Source of the DNA: Chloroflexota bacterium
GTDB lineage: Bacteria > Chloroflexota > Anaerolineae > Anaerolineales > UBA4823
NCBI GenBank assembly: GCA_040752025.1
Contig: JBFMFR010000002.1
Location: forward strand, 34,232 to 98,231
DNA length: 64,000 nt
Direction: 5' to 3'
The stretch's first letter is position 1; the number at the start of each line of letters is the position of its first letter. This document shows positions 9,819 through 17,557 of the stretch, piece by piece. The position numbers were made by a program, and so were the translations under genes. The notes under the pieces were generated by a model. It was not told where the DNA came from. It did no database searches and saw only the letters and a program-made list of their open reading frames with translations.

Positions 9819-10895
9819 TCAGGCCGGATGCCCGTTGCTGGCGACCTGCCTGGCGATGTAAGCCGCATCTGCGCCCACGCCGCCCAGCAGGGCCGAACTC
9901 AGCGCGCTCTGGAAGTGCAGGCCAACGAAATACAACCCCGGCGCTGCCGCCGCCACCCCGCGCTGGTGGCGCGGGTAGCCATACTCGTCGAACACCGGCA
10001 GGTCGATCCACTTGAAATTCGGGCGAAAGCCGGTTGCCCAGATCACGCTCTCCACTTGCAGTGTGCGACCATCCTCGCTTTGCGCTTGGCCCGCCTGGAC
10101 GCCGGCCACGCGTGATATGCATTCGACCCCGGCTGCTACCACCTCCTGCCGGTTGGAGCGGATCAGCGGGTTGCCGTGGTAGAGCACATTCGCTTTCATC
10201 TTTCGCCCCACAGGCGTATCCACGCTCAACACGTGGCTGAGGAACCACCAGTAGGGCCGCCCGCCGAAGGCCTTGCCCAGCGTATTGGCCGGGATGTGCC
10301 CCACGTCGCGCCCCGCCAGCCACACCTGCTTACCGGCCCTGGCGAGTTCCAGGGCGATCTCGGCCCCAGAATTGCCTGCCCCAACCACCAACACCGTCTG
10401 CCCTGTGATCTGTTCCGGGTTGCGGTAGGCGCTCGAGTGTAACTGCTGGATGCTCGGGTCGAGCTGGCTGGCAAAGTCCGGCGTATAGGGGGCCTGAAAT
10501 GGCCCGGTGGCGACGATTACATTCCTGGCAGAAAAACTGTCTCCGCCCGAGGCTACCTGGTAGGTTTGGTCGCTGCGCCTGAGCGCCTCCACCTTCACCC
10601 CGTGCCGCACCGGCAGGTGGAACTGCCCGGCGTAGCCTTCCAGGAAATCGGCGACTTCATCCTTCGTAGGGGAGTAGTAATCCGGTTTCGGGAACGGCAG
10701 CCCTGGCAGGCCGTCGAACTGGCTGGGAGTGAACAACCGCAGGCTGTCCCAGCGCTTGCGCCAGGTCTCGCCAGTGCGTTGACCCCCATCCAAAATGATG
10801 AAACCCTGGCCCTGTTGGGCGAGGAAATAACCGGCGGCCAGGCCTGCCTGCCCGCCGCCGATCACGATCGTCTGAAAGGATTTTTCGCTTGACAT
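9819..10895 (-). CDS. FAD/NAD(P)-binding flavin monooxygenase-like oxidoreductase
   Basis: Two dinucleotide-binding motifs, VIGGGQAGLAAG and VVGAGNSGAEIA. Divergent from the TetR gene. Confidence 0.75.
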   Translation of the reverse strand: MSSEKSFQTIVIGGGQAGLAAGYFLAQQGQGFIILDGGQRTGETWRKRWDSLRLFTPSQFDGLPGLPFPKPDYYSPTKDEVADFLEGYAGQFHLPVRHGVKVEALRRSDQTYQVASGGDSFSARNVIVATGPFQAPYTPDFASQLDPSIQQLHSSAYRNPEQITGQTVLVVGAGNSGAEIALELARAGKQVWLAGRDVGHIPANTLGKAFGGRPYWWFLSHVLSVDTPVGRKMKANVLYHGNPLIRSNRQEVVAAGVECISRVAGVQAGQAQSEDGRTLQVESVIWATGFRPNFKWIDLPVFDEYGYPRHQRGVAAAAPGLYFVGLHFQSALSSALLGGVGADAAYIARQVASNGHPA

Positions 10896-10916
10896 TCTAC
10901 ATCACCTGTAATATAA

Positions 10917-10951
10917 TATAGTCTAACTACAATGAATGGAGTTATACTATA
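10917..10951. promoter_or_regulatory. Candidate TetR operator (12-11-12 inverted repeat) in divergent promoter region
   Basis: TATAGTCTAACT (10917-10928) and AGTTATACTATA (10940-10951) are inverted repeats with one mismatch. They lie in the AT-rich 60-bp gap between the monooxygenase and TetR genes. Confidence 0.5.
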
Positions 10952-10955
10952 ATAA

Positions 10956-11582
10956 ATGACAGATGTCAAGAGGCAAAACAAGTCCACCCTGCGCCAGCGG
11001 CAGGCCCAGGCCACCCGAGACATGATCACCAGCGCCGCACAGGCGCTTTTTCTGGAGCAAGGCTATGCCTGCACCACCATCGAAGCCATCGCCGCGCAGG
11101 CCGGCGTAGCCGTCAGCACCGTGTATGCCGTATTCGGCTCCAAGCGCGGCATCCTGCGCGCCATCCGGCAAGCCTGGCACGAACACTCGCACATCCGCGA
11201 AGTCGCCTTCGGCGACCCGGGAGATGCCAGCCCGCAGGAGCGCATCCGCCAACTGGCGCAGGCCACCCGCAGGCAGTGGGAATCTGGCGCCCAGGTGCTC
11301 GCCATCTACACCGGGGCTTCTGCCGCCGACCCGCAGGCAGCCGCTGAGCTGGCCGAGGCGCTGGCAGGCCGGCGCAAAGGCATCCAGACCTTCGCCCGCA
11401 GCCTGGAGCCGCACCTCCGCCCGGGCCTGGATGCCGCCAGCGCCGCCGCCGTCCTGCAAGCCCTGTGCCTGCCAGAGGTGTACGATGAACTGGTGTGGCA
11501 CTCGGGTTGGTCGGCTGAGGCCTACGAAGCCTGGCTAACGCAGGCCATCCAACGGGAGTTATTGCCACAACAAACAGGTTGA
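10956..11582 (+). CDS. TetR/AcrR family transcriptional regulator
   Basis: N-terminal TetR HTH (TRDMITSAAQALFLEQGYACTTIEAIAAQAGVAVSTVYAVFGSK), 208 aa. Confidence 0.85.
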   Translation: MTDVKRQNKSTLRQRQAQATRDMITSAAQALFLEQGYACTTIEAIAAQAGVAVSTVYAVFGSKRGILRAIRQAWHEHSHIREVAFGDPGDASPQERIRQLAQATRRQWESGAQVLAIYTGASAADPQAAAELAEALAGRRKGIQTFARSLEPHLRPGLDAASAAAVLQALCLPEVYDELVWHSGWSAEAYEAWLTQAIQRELLPQQTG

Positions 11583-11593
11583 AGCTTGCGCCG

Positions 11594-12544
11594 TTACTGC
11601 CCAGCAAATGCGCTGACCTTCAGATCGAAACAGGCCGTTTCCGGGCTTTCCGTGATTAGCCGGTAGAATTCCTCATTGGTGAGCGCCGCCGCCTCTTCCA
11701 GGGATGTTCCCGTCGTGCGCGATGGGGGGTAGTGAGGCTCTTTGCCATACCACATTCGCATGGATGGCACCGGCGCTCGACCAGGGCAGAAATGATAGAA
11801 GTCCTCGCCTATTTCATCGATGAAAACCGACCTGTAAGAGATAATGACATCCTGGTCATCGAAAAACAGATCGTAATCGATGTAAATATAAAGTGGCTCG
11901 TTCCCATCATGCTGCATGCTTCGGAAAAGCCGTATCAAAGAAGGCACCCCGTATGTCCTCAAAATATTCTCCGGCCAATATGCCATCCACTCACTTCTTG
12001 GCGACTCGAGGTCAATATTCATAGATACTGATAAACTTGCGACAATATCATCTTCCACCTCAAAAAGAATTTCGCCTCCAAAATCGTTTTTGTATCTGTA
12101 AGGTACTCCATAAAAACTCGGTGTTGTATGGATCAGTTCTAGGCCTAATCTGGTCATCAGACCTTTTGCCTGGTTGAAATCTGTTTTACCCGGAACGATT
12201 CTCCAGAAACAGGGGGGCCCACAATCACCATTTGTCTTGAACAGCAACCGCATCCATTCTTCTCGTTCCTGTGCTGACAGCGTAGGAAATGGTGTGATGG
12301 TAGCGGTGATAGGCGTAGAAGAAAGAGTAGGTTGTATGCTATAAGGTGTGGGGGAAATTGTGCCTGAAAGCACAGTGGGTGCAATTGGGGATGTCAAAAT
12401 AGAAACTGGCTTTTCATCCGGCGAAGCCAGAGCAACCGGGGCGGCTGCTGTCGCCGCTAACGGCGCCTGGTGAGTGGAACAGGCGCAAAGTGTGAGCAAG
12501 ACGATCACATAAATTCCCCGGAAAGTAGAGGTTTGGTTGCACAT
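11594..12544 (-). CDS. Hypothetical lipoprotein
   Basis: Signal peptide with a lipobox-like LLTLCAC. Coherent ORF in a low-GC segment. No family recognised. Confidence 0.55.
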   Translation of the reverse strand: MCNQTSTFRGIYVIVLLTLCACSTHQAPLAATAAAPVALASPDEKPVSILTSPIAPTVLSGTISPTPYSIQPTLSSTPITATITPFPTLSAQEREEWMRLLFKTNGDCGPPCFWRIVPGKTDFNQAKGLMTRLGLELIHTTPSFYGVPYRYKNDFGGEILFEVEDDIVASLSVSMNIDLESPRSEWMAYWPENILRTYGVPSLIRLFRSMQHDGNEPLYIYIDYDLFFDDQDVIISYRSVFIDEIGEDFYHFCPGRAPVPSMRMWYGKEPHYPPSRTTGTSLEEAAALTNEEFYRLITESPETACFDLKVSAFAGQ

Positions 12545-12593
12545 TGCCTTATCGCAAAAATCTGCGTGAGCCTACATCTGCCGCTGCACTCTC

Positions 12594-12779
12594 TTATGAG
12601 TAATGCTTTCTCTTTTTGGAAGAATACACGATGAGAGCTACAAATAAGCCAAACACGGTTGCAAAGATTAAATCGTGCCCGAAGTTGAAACTGTCCGTTT
12701 GAATCAGATATCGAGTAAGTAAACTCCCGGATAAACCCCATAATACCAGACCAGCACAAAAAAAGCGATACTGCTCCAC
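12594..12779 (-). CDS. Small hypothetical membrane protein (61 aa)
   Basis: Two hydrophobic segments, GTG start with AAAGGAA upstream, located directly downstream of the XRE gene. Short, so uncertain. Confidence 0.35.
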   Translation of the reverse strand: MEQYRFFCAGLVLWGLSGSLLTRYLIQTDSFNFGHDLIFATVFGLFVALIVYSSKKRKHYS

Positions 12780-12800
12780 ATTCCTTTCAGCGTCGGGAAA

Positions 12801-13391
12801 TTACTTCACAATCGGGATACTCAGCGCATAATGGACAGGCTTATCGGACAGCGCTCGCATGGCATTAACGACACCCTGGTACATACAGAAAATGCCGATC
12901 AGCAAAAGCGGCATCGTGGAGCACATGACGAGTAACATAAAAGTGGGACCACCTTCCACAGTGTTTATTCCCGCTTCGCCCATGAAAGCAAGGGCAACTG
13001 GAACGATCATAAGCACGAATAGAACAGCAAAGAGCACCAGCGTCATAGTGATTTGGAAATTGAGCACCTGGCGGCCTTGTTTGTCGATCTTGACGGATTC
13101 CTTCTTCTTCCAGGACCATAGCAGCAGGGGAATGATGACGATGCAGAACATACTGCTGAGGTGCAGGAGAGCCAGCCAGAGATTCTCGTTAGCCGCGCCC
13201 TCGATGCTGAAATCGAATTCCAGCGCAGCGCTCAGGCATTGCAGCGTATAAGCGCGTGGGTCCACTTCGCCGCTTTCGATGCGCTGGATGGTGCGCAGGC
13301 TGACTTCACAGCTTTCCGCCAATTGTTCCTGTGTCAATCCTCTTTGCTGCCGCAGTTCAGAGACTTTGAGTCCGAGATCAGGTTGGTTCAT
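12801..13391 (-). CDS. XRE-family HTH protein with C-terminal multi-TM domain
   Basis: HTH LRQQRGLTQEQLAESCEVSLRTIQRIESGE followed by 3-4 hydrophobic helices. Confidence 0.75.
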   Translation of the reverse strand: MNQPDLGLKVSELRQQRGLTQEQLAESCEVSLRTIQRIESGEVDPRAYTLQCLSAALEFDFSIEGAANENLWLALLHLSSMFCIVIIPLLLWSWKKKESVKIDKQGRQVLNFQITMTLVLFAVLFVLMIVPVALAFMGEAGINTVEGGPTFMLLVMCSTMPLLLIGIFCMYQGVVNAMRALSDKPVHYALSIPIVK

Positions 13392-13734
13392 TAGTTACTC
13401 CTTTCGAAATTCTCCCTAATTATAGAAACAACCCGCAGAAACACAACGACGTAAGGACGACATTGCTACGACATTTCTCTTTTGGGCACGACATTTGCTC
13501 AACAAGGTCCCTGGCTCCTGGGAATACAGGCTGCCCAAAAAGGAAATCGCCCCCGGGAATGCAGGCAGCCGCCCTTCTCGAAGCGAAATTGCCGGCCTCT
13601 CATCCAAGATCAAGCCCTTGGTGATTGCCCATAAGTATAGCGCAATCCCACCTTACTTGCCAGGATGCCGTTGGTAGGGTCGTAGATGTAACCCGGTCTC
13701 GCCTAACCTCATTGTTTGCACCCAGGCCGAGGGC

Positions 13735-13797
13735 ATGAGCCTGAGCCAGTGGGCCAGCAAAGCCCTATCAGAGGCGGCAAGGCGCTCACCAGAGTGA
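13735..13797 (+). pseudogene. Relic of an antitoxin-like (HicB/CopG-type) C-terminus
   Basis: The in-frame peptide (TQAEG)MSLSQWASKALSEAARRSPE* resembles antitoxin C-termini. A stop lies immediately upstream, so there is no full ORF. Confidence 0.25.
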
Positions 13798-14000
13798 GGT
13801 AAGTTTCAACCTCATCAGAATCAACAGAGATCTACGTTTCATTCGAACCTCCTCTCTCCACATCCCATGCCATCGCCTCAAAACCCGCCAGAGTACTTTC
13901 AAATTTTACCGCATCCATCTGCGAAAATCTGCGCGCCTCTGCGGATCCCATCCAGCCCTTGGTGGTTGCCAATAAGATCTAAAGAACGCGACCCAGGATC

Positions 14001-14067
14001 GTGCGCTTCGAGCGCACTTGGCGTATCAGCCTGAGATTTGAATCTCAGGCGCCTGGCGCATTGTCAC
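14001..14067 (+). repeat. Partial copy (hairpins 3 and 4) of the structured repeat family seen at 38.6-38.9 kb
   Basis: GTGCGCTTCGAGCGCAC followed by GCCTGAGATTTGAATCTCAGGC then ..GTCACC, which aligns to 38671-38742. Confidence 0.7.
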
Positions 14068-14154
14068 CCTACAAGCTTCGCCCCGTTCAAGGTACAATCA
14101 TCTCCAGGCATCCACCGCATCCTGTTCATGCTGCACAGCGGACGAGGCGCAGAG

Positions 14155-14616
14155 ATGAAACCTTTCATTCCCATTGTAATTTGCATGCTCCTGCTCAGCG
14201 GGTGCGGGCTCGTTCCCGTTGAGCCGCCGACGCCCACGAAAACCATCACGCCCACACCCGCCTGCCAGGTGAAAAACGGGAAATGGGGTAGTAAATGGAC
14301 GGTGCTGAGCCTTGGAAGCGCCAGCCATACCCTTACTTTCACCGTCTATAACTGCACCATCATCTCCTGGGTCATCTGGACTTTTCCCCTGCCAGGAGAA
14401 CTGCTCTGGTGGACCGGCCTCGACGCCATCCCCATCATTGACAACCAGTTCTCCCACGAGGAAGACACTGGGGATGGGGTATTTACGCTGGCAGGCTCCT
14501 TTGATTCGGCTACTTCCAGCCACGGAACGCTGTTTTTCCCCAAGGGTTTTTCAGTCTTCGGCGCCATCCTGACCAAGGATGTAACCTTTCCTTGGACGGC
14601 CGCGCCGGCGCAGTGA
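14155..14616 (+). CDS. Hypothetical lipoprotein
   Basis: MKPFIPIVICMLLLSGCG lipobox. ATG 14155 chosen over the longer tracked start at 14038, which lies inside the repeat. Confidence 0.55.
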   Translation: MKPFIPIVICMLLLSGCGLVPVEPPTPTKTITPTPACQVKNGKWGSKWTVLSLGSASHTLTFTVYNCTIISWVIWTFPLPGELLWWTGLDAIPIIDNQFSHEEDTGDGVFTLAGSFDSATSSHGTLFFPKGFSVFGAILTKDVTFPWTAAPAQ

Positions 14617-14622
14617 GCACAG

Positions 14623-15648
14623 ATGGCGATATACCAGGCATTGGACGCCCTCCCTCTAGATGAGATCGAGCGCCTGCTCAGCCAGGCAGCCCGGCTCGGG
14701 CTGGAACAGTATCCCATCGATGAAAGACTGTCCCTGACGCCGCTCCGCCACAACGAAAACGCCACCTTCCGCGTGGAGGCGCAGGGCCAGCCGCGCTACC
14801 TGCTGCGCCTGCACTACCCCCGCACGTCCGCCCTGGACTTCACCCACGGCGACCTGGTCCTGATCGAGTCAGAGCTGGCCTGGCTGGAAGCCCTCGGCCG
14901 GGAGACGAAGCTGGCGCTGCCCAAACCGCTGCGCGCGCGTAACGGCCGGCTGGCCGTGTCAGTGGAGATAGCAGAGGCTGGCCTCAGCCTGCCGTGCTCG
15001 CTGCTGCACTGGGTGGCCGGGCAGCCTTACACCCGCGACCTGGAAAGCGAGTCCACCGCCCGCAGCCTGGGAGACACCATCGCCCGCCTGCACGAACACG
15101 GCAGCCGCTGGCAGCCGCCGCCGGGCTTCAAACGCACTCGGCGCGACGCCGCCTACTTCCAGGAAATGCTGGAGAACCTGCGCCGGGTTGCCGCCCAGTC
15201 GCCTATCCAGGCATCCGATCTGGAGATTTTCAGCCAGTCCGTATCCATCCTCGTGCAAGAGATGGCTCAACTGCCCGAGATCGCCCCGTTCTACGGGCTG
15301 ATCCACGCCGATTTACACAAAGGCAACCTGCTGCTGCACGCCGGCCAGGTGCGCCCGATCGATTTCTCCTTCTGCTCTTTCGGGCATTTCACCTTCGATT
15401 TGGCTATCGCCCTGTCAGATATGCGCCCCGAACTGCGCCAGGCGGCACTGGAGAGCTACCAGGCCGTGCGCCCGCTGCCGGAAAACTACGCCCGCCAGAT
15501 CGAAGGCTTCTTCGTCGGCAGCATGCTGGGCACCATCTACTTCATCGCCAGCCGGCCCGTAGAGCAGGAGTGGGTCGGCCGCCGTGTACCGCAAATCGCC
15601 GAAGATTACGCCCGCAAGTATAACCAGGGCATCCCCTTCTGGTTTTAG
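14623..15648 (+). CDS. APH/ChoK-family phosphotransferase
   Basis: Catalytic loop HADLHKGNLL and IDFS(F) metal-binding motif, 341 aa. Confidence 0.75.
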   Translation: MAIYQALDALPLDEIERLLSQAARLGLEQYPIDERLSLTPLRHNENATFRVEAQGQPRYLLRLHYPRTSALDFTHGDLVLIESELAWLEALGRETKLALPKPLRARNGRLAVSVEIAEAGLSLPCSLLHWVAGQPYTRDLESESTARSLGDTIARLHEHGSRWQPPPGFKRTRRDAAYFQEMLENLRRVAAQSPIQASDLEIFSQSVSILVQEMAQLPEIAPFYGLIHADLHKGNLLLHAGQVRPIDFSFCSFGHFTFDLAIALSDMRPELRQAALESYQAVRPLPENYARQIEGFFVGSMLGTIYFIASRPVEQEWVGRRVPQIAEDYARKYNQGIPFWF

Positions 15649-15654
15649 ATCAAG

Positions 15655-16863
15655 ATGGAGGTTTTCTTGAACACTTCGGATGACTTTCGCTTAACCGCAG
15701 TGCACCCGCACGAGCACCTCCAGGCAGTGGCGCAGATCACCTCGGACGCCTTTGCCAACGGGCAGTACGTGGAAGAAATCGCCGCCCAATACATCGGCAA
15801 CAGCCATTACGATTGGGATGTCTCGCGGCTGGTCTGGCATAAGGGGCAGTTAGTCCACCACTGGGGGGTGTGGGGCTATCCCATGCGCCTGGATGGCGTG
15901 TTGCTGAAAGTTGCCGGAGTCGGCGCCGTCACCACCCTGCCGGATTACCGCCAGCGCGGCCTGATGGCCCGCGCTGTCCTGGACTCTTTGCGGGGCATGC
16001 GTGAGAACGGCTACGACCTGAGCATCCTGCGCGGGCGGCATTACGTCAAATTCGGCTACGCCCGCGCCTGGAACTACGTCACCTACCGTTTGAAAGCGGA
16101 GGAACTGCCCGAGCTGCCCGCCCCGCCGCCCTATGAACTGCTCGGGCCGGAGCGCATGGCGGAGATCGAAGCCTGCTATAACCAGCACTACCAGGCCTAC
16201 AGCGGCGTAGCCGTGCGCCCAACCTACCGCATGCTGCAGGCCGGGGATATGAACGCTTACGGCTGGCAGGATGCAGATGGCCAGCTTGCCGGCTACATGC
16301 GCGCTGTGCCCACCGATGACAAAAAGACACTGCAATGCCTGGAGGCCACCGGCGATGCGCAGCAGGGCCTGGCGGTGCTGGGCGAGCTGTTCAAAGCAGG
16401 CGCATACGAAACCCTGGCCTTCTTTACCCTGCCGCACCAGCACCCCATCCTGCAGTGGCTCCGCCGGGGGGCTTGCGTGGTAGAAGACCGCTACTTCCAC
16501 AACAGCGGCTGGCGCGTGCGCATCGTCGACCTGGCCAGCGCCCTGCACAAGCTGCGCCCCCGCCTGGAGGCGCGTTTGCAGCGCTCTTGGCTGGCGGGTT
16601 GGCATGGCAGCCTGCTCCTGGATGCTGGCGAGCAGCAGGCCACCCTGCAAATCAAGGGAGACAAAGTGCAGGTGCTGGAGGCTGCCGAGAGCGAACACGC
16701 CATCCACGGTGGGGCCGAGATCGGGCGCCTGCTGATCGGCTCAGACCAGCCGGAAGAAGTGCTGGCCCAGGCGCAAATGTGCTGCACCGGGTTGGGCGCC
16801 GAGCTGGCCTGCGCCCTCTTCCCCAACCTGCACCCGGTGATGAGCCAGTGGGATGAGTATTAG
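15655..16863 (+). CDS. Eis-like GNAT N-acetyltransferase (GNAT plus SCP2-like C-terminal part)
   Basis: 402 aa. GNAT acetyl-CoA motif RQRGLMARAV and an Eis-family layout. Confidence 0.65.
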   Translation: MEVFLNTSDDFRLTAVHPHEHLQAVAQITSDAFANGQYVEEIAAQYIGNSHYDWDVSRLVWHKGQLVHHWGVWGYPMRLDGVLLKVAGVGAVTTLPDYRQRGLMARAVLDSLRGMRENGYDLSILRGRHYVKFGYARAWNYVTYRLKAEELPELPAPPPYELLGPERMAEIEACYNQHYQAYSGVAVRPTYRMLQAGDMNAYGWQDADGQLAGYMRAVPTDDKKTLQCLEATGDAQQGLAVLGELFKAGAYETLAFFTLPHQHPILQWLRRGACVVEDRYFHNSGWRVRIVDLASALHKLRPRLEARLQRSWLAGWHGSLLLDAGEQQATLQIKGDKVQVLEAAESEHAIHGGAEIGRLLIGSDQPEEVLAQAQMCCTGLGAELACALFPNLHPVMSQWDEY

Positions 16864-16866
16864 CCT

Positions 16867-17547
16867 ATGCGCATCGCACTCTTCTCCGACATCCACGGCA
16901 ACCTCAGCGGGCTACGGGCAGTCCTCGCCAAGATCGACCAGTTGGGCGGTGCCGATCGCCTGGTCGCCGCCGGGGACCTGATCGGTGGTGGACCCGGCGC
17001 CGATGACCTCTTCGACCTGCTGCTCGAGCGCCGCGTGGCGCTGCTGCGCGGTAACACCGAAGAGATGATGCTGGACGCCAGCCTGATCCACGCCCATGCC
17101 GCCTCACCCTATCTCGACTTGATGCTGCGCACGCACGATTGGCTGCACGCCCACCTGTCGCCAGCTTACTGGAAACTGATCGAAGAACTGCCGCTCTCGC
17201 TCAGTATCGAGGCTGCTCCTGGTCAGCGGATCTTCGCCTGCCACGCCGCGCCGCAGGATACCTGGGCGTATACTACTTCAGCCGAAGAGCCCGTAGAAAA
17301 GCTGCGGGCGGCTTACGGCCAGCTCCCGGCGCAGGTAGTCGCCTACGGCCATTTCCACCAGCACCATGTCCTCCGCCTGGACGATAAATTGCTGCTCAAC
17401 GTGGCCAGCGTTGGGCTGCGCTCGGATGGTCTGAGCGCCTTGACGCTTGTGGAATACCGCGCTGCCTGGGTCATCAGGCAGTTCCAGGTGCCTTATGATG
17501 TAGCAGAAGAACGGCGTTTGATGGCCGAGCGCCGCGTGCCAGGCTAG
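16867..17547 (+). CDS. Calcineurin-like metallophosphoesterase (YfcE-like)
   Basis: MRIALFSDIHGN, GDLIGGG and GHFH motifs. Confidence 0.8.
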   Translation: MRIALFSDIHGNLSGLRAVLAKIDQLGGADRLVAAGDLIGGGPGADDLFDLLLERRVALLRGNTEEMMLDASLIHAHAASPYLDLMLRTHDWLHAHLSPAYWKLIEELPLSLSIEAAPGQRIFACHAAPQDTWAYTTSAEEPVEKLRAAYGQLPAQVVAYGHFHQHHVLRLDDKLLLNVASVGLRSDGLSALTLVEYRAAWVIRQFQVPYDVAEERRLMAERRVPG

Positions 17548-17557
17548 GCGTTCGCCC

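Noticed and set aside
13416-13677. Short ORFs (60-65 aa) in the repeat-rich gap after the XRE gene
   Set aside because: They have no RBS and no motifs, and they lie on dispersed repeat motifs in both orientations.
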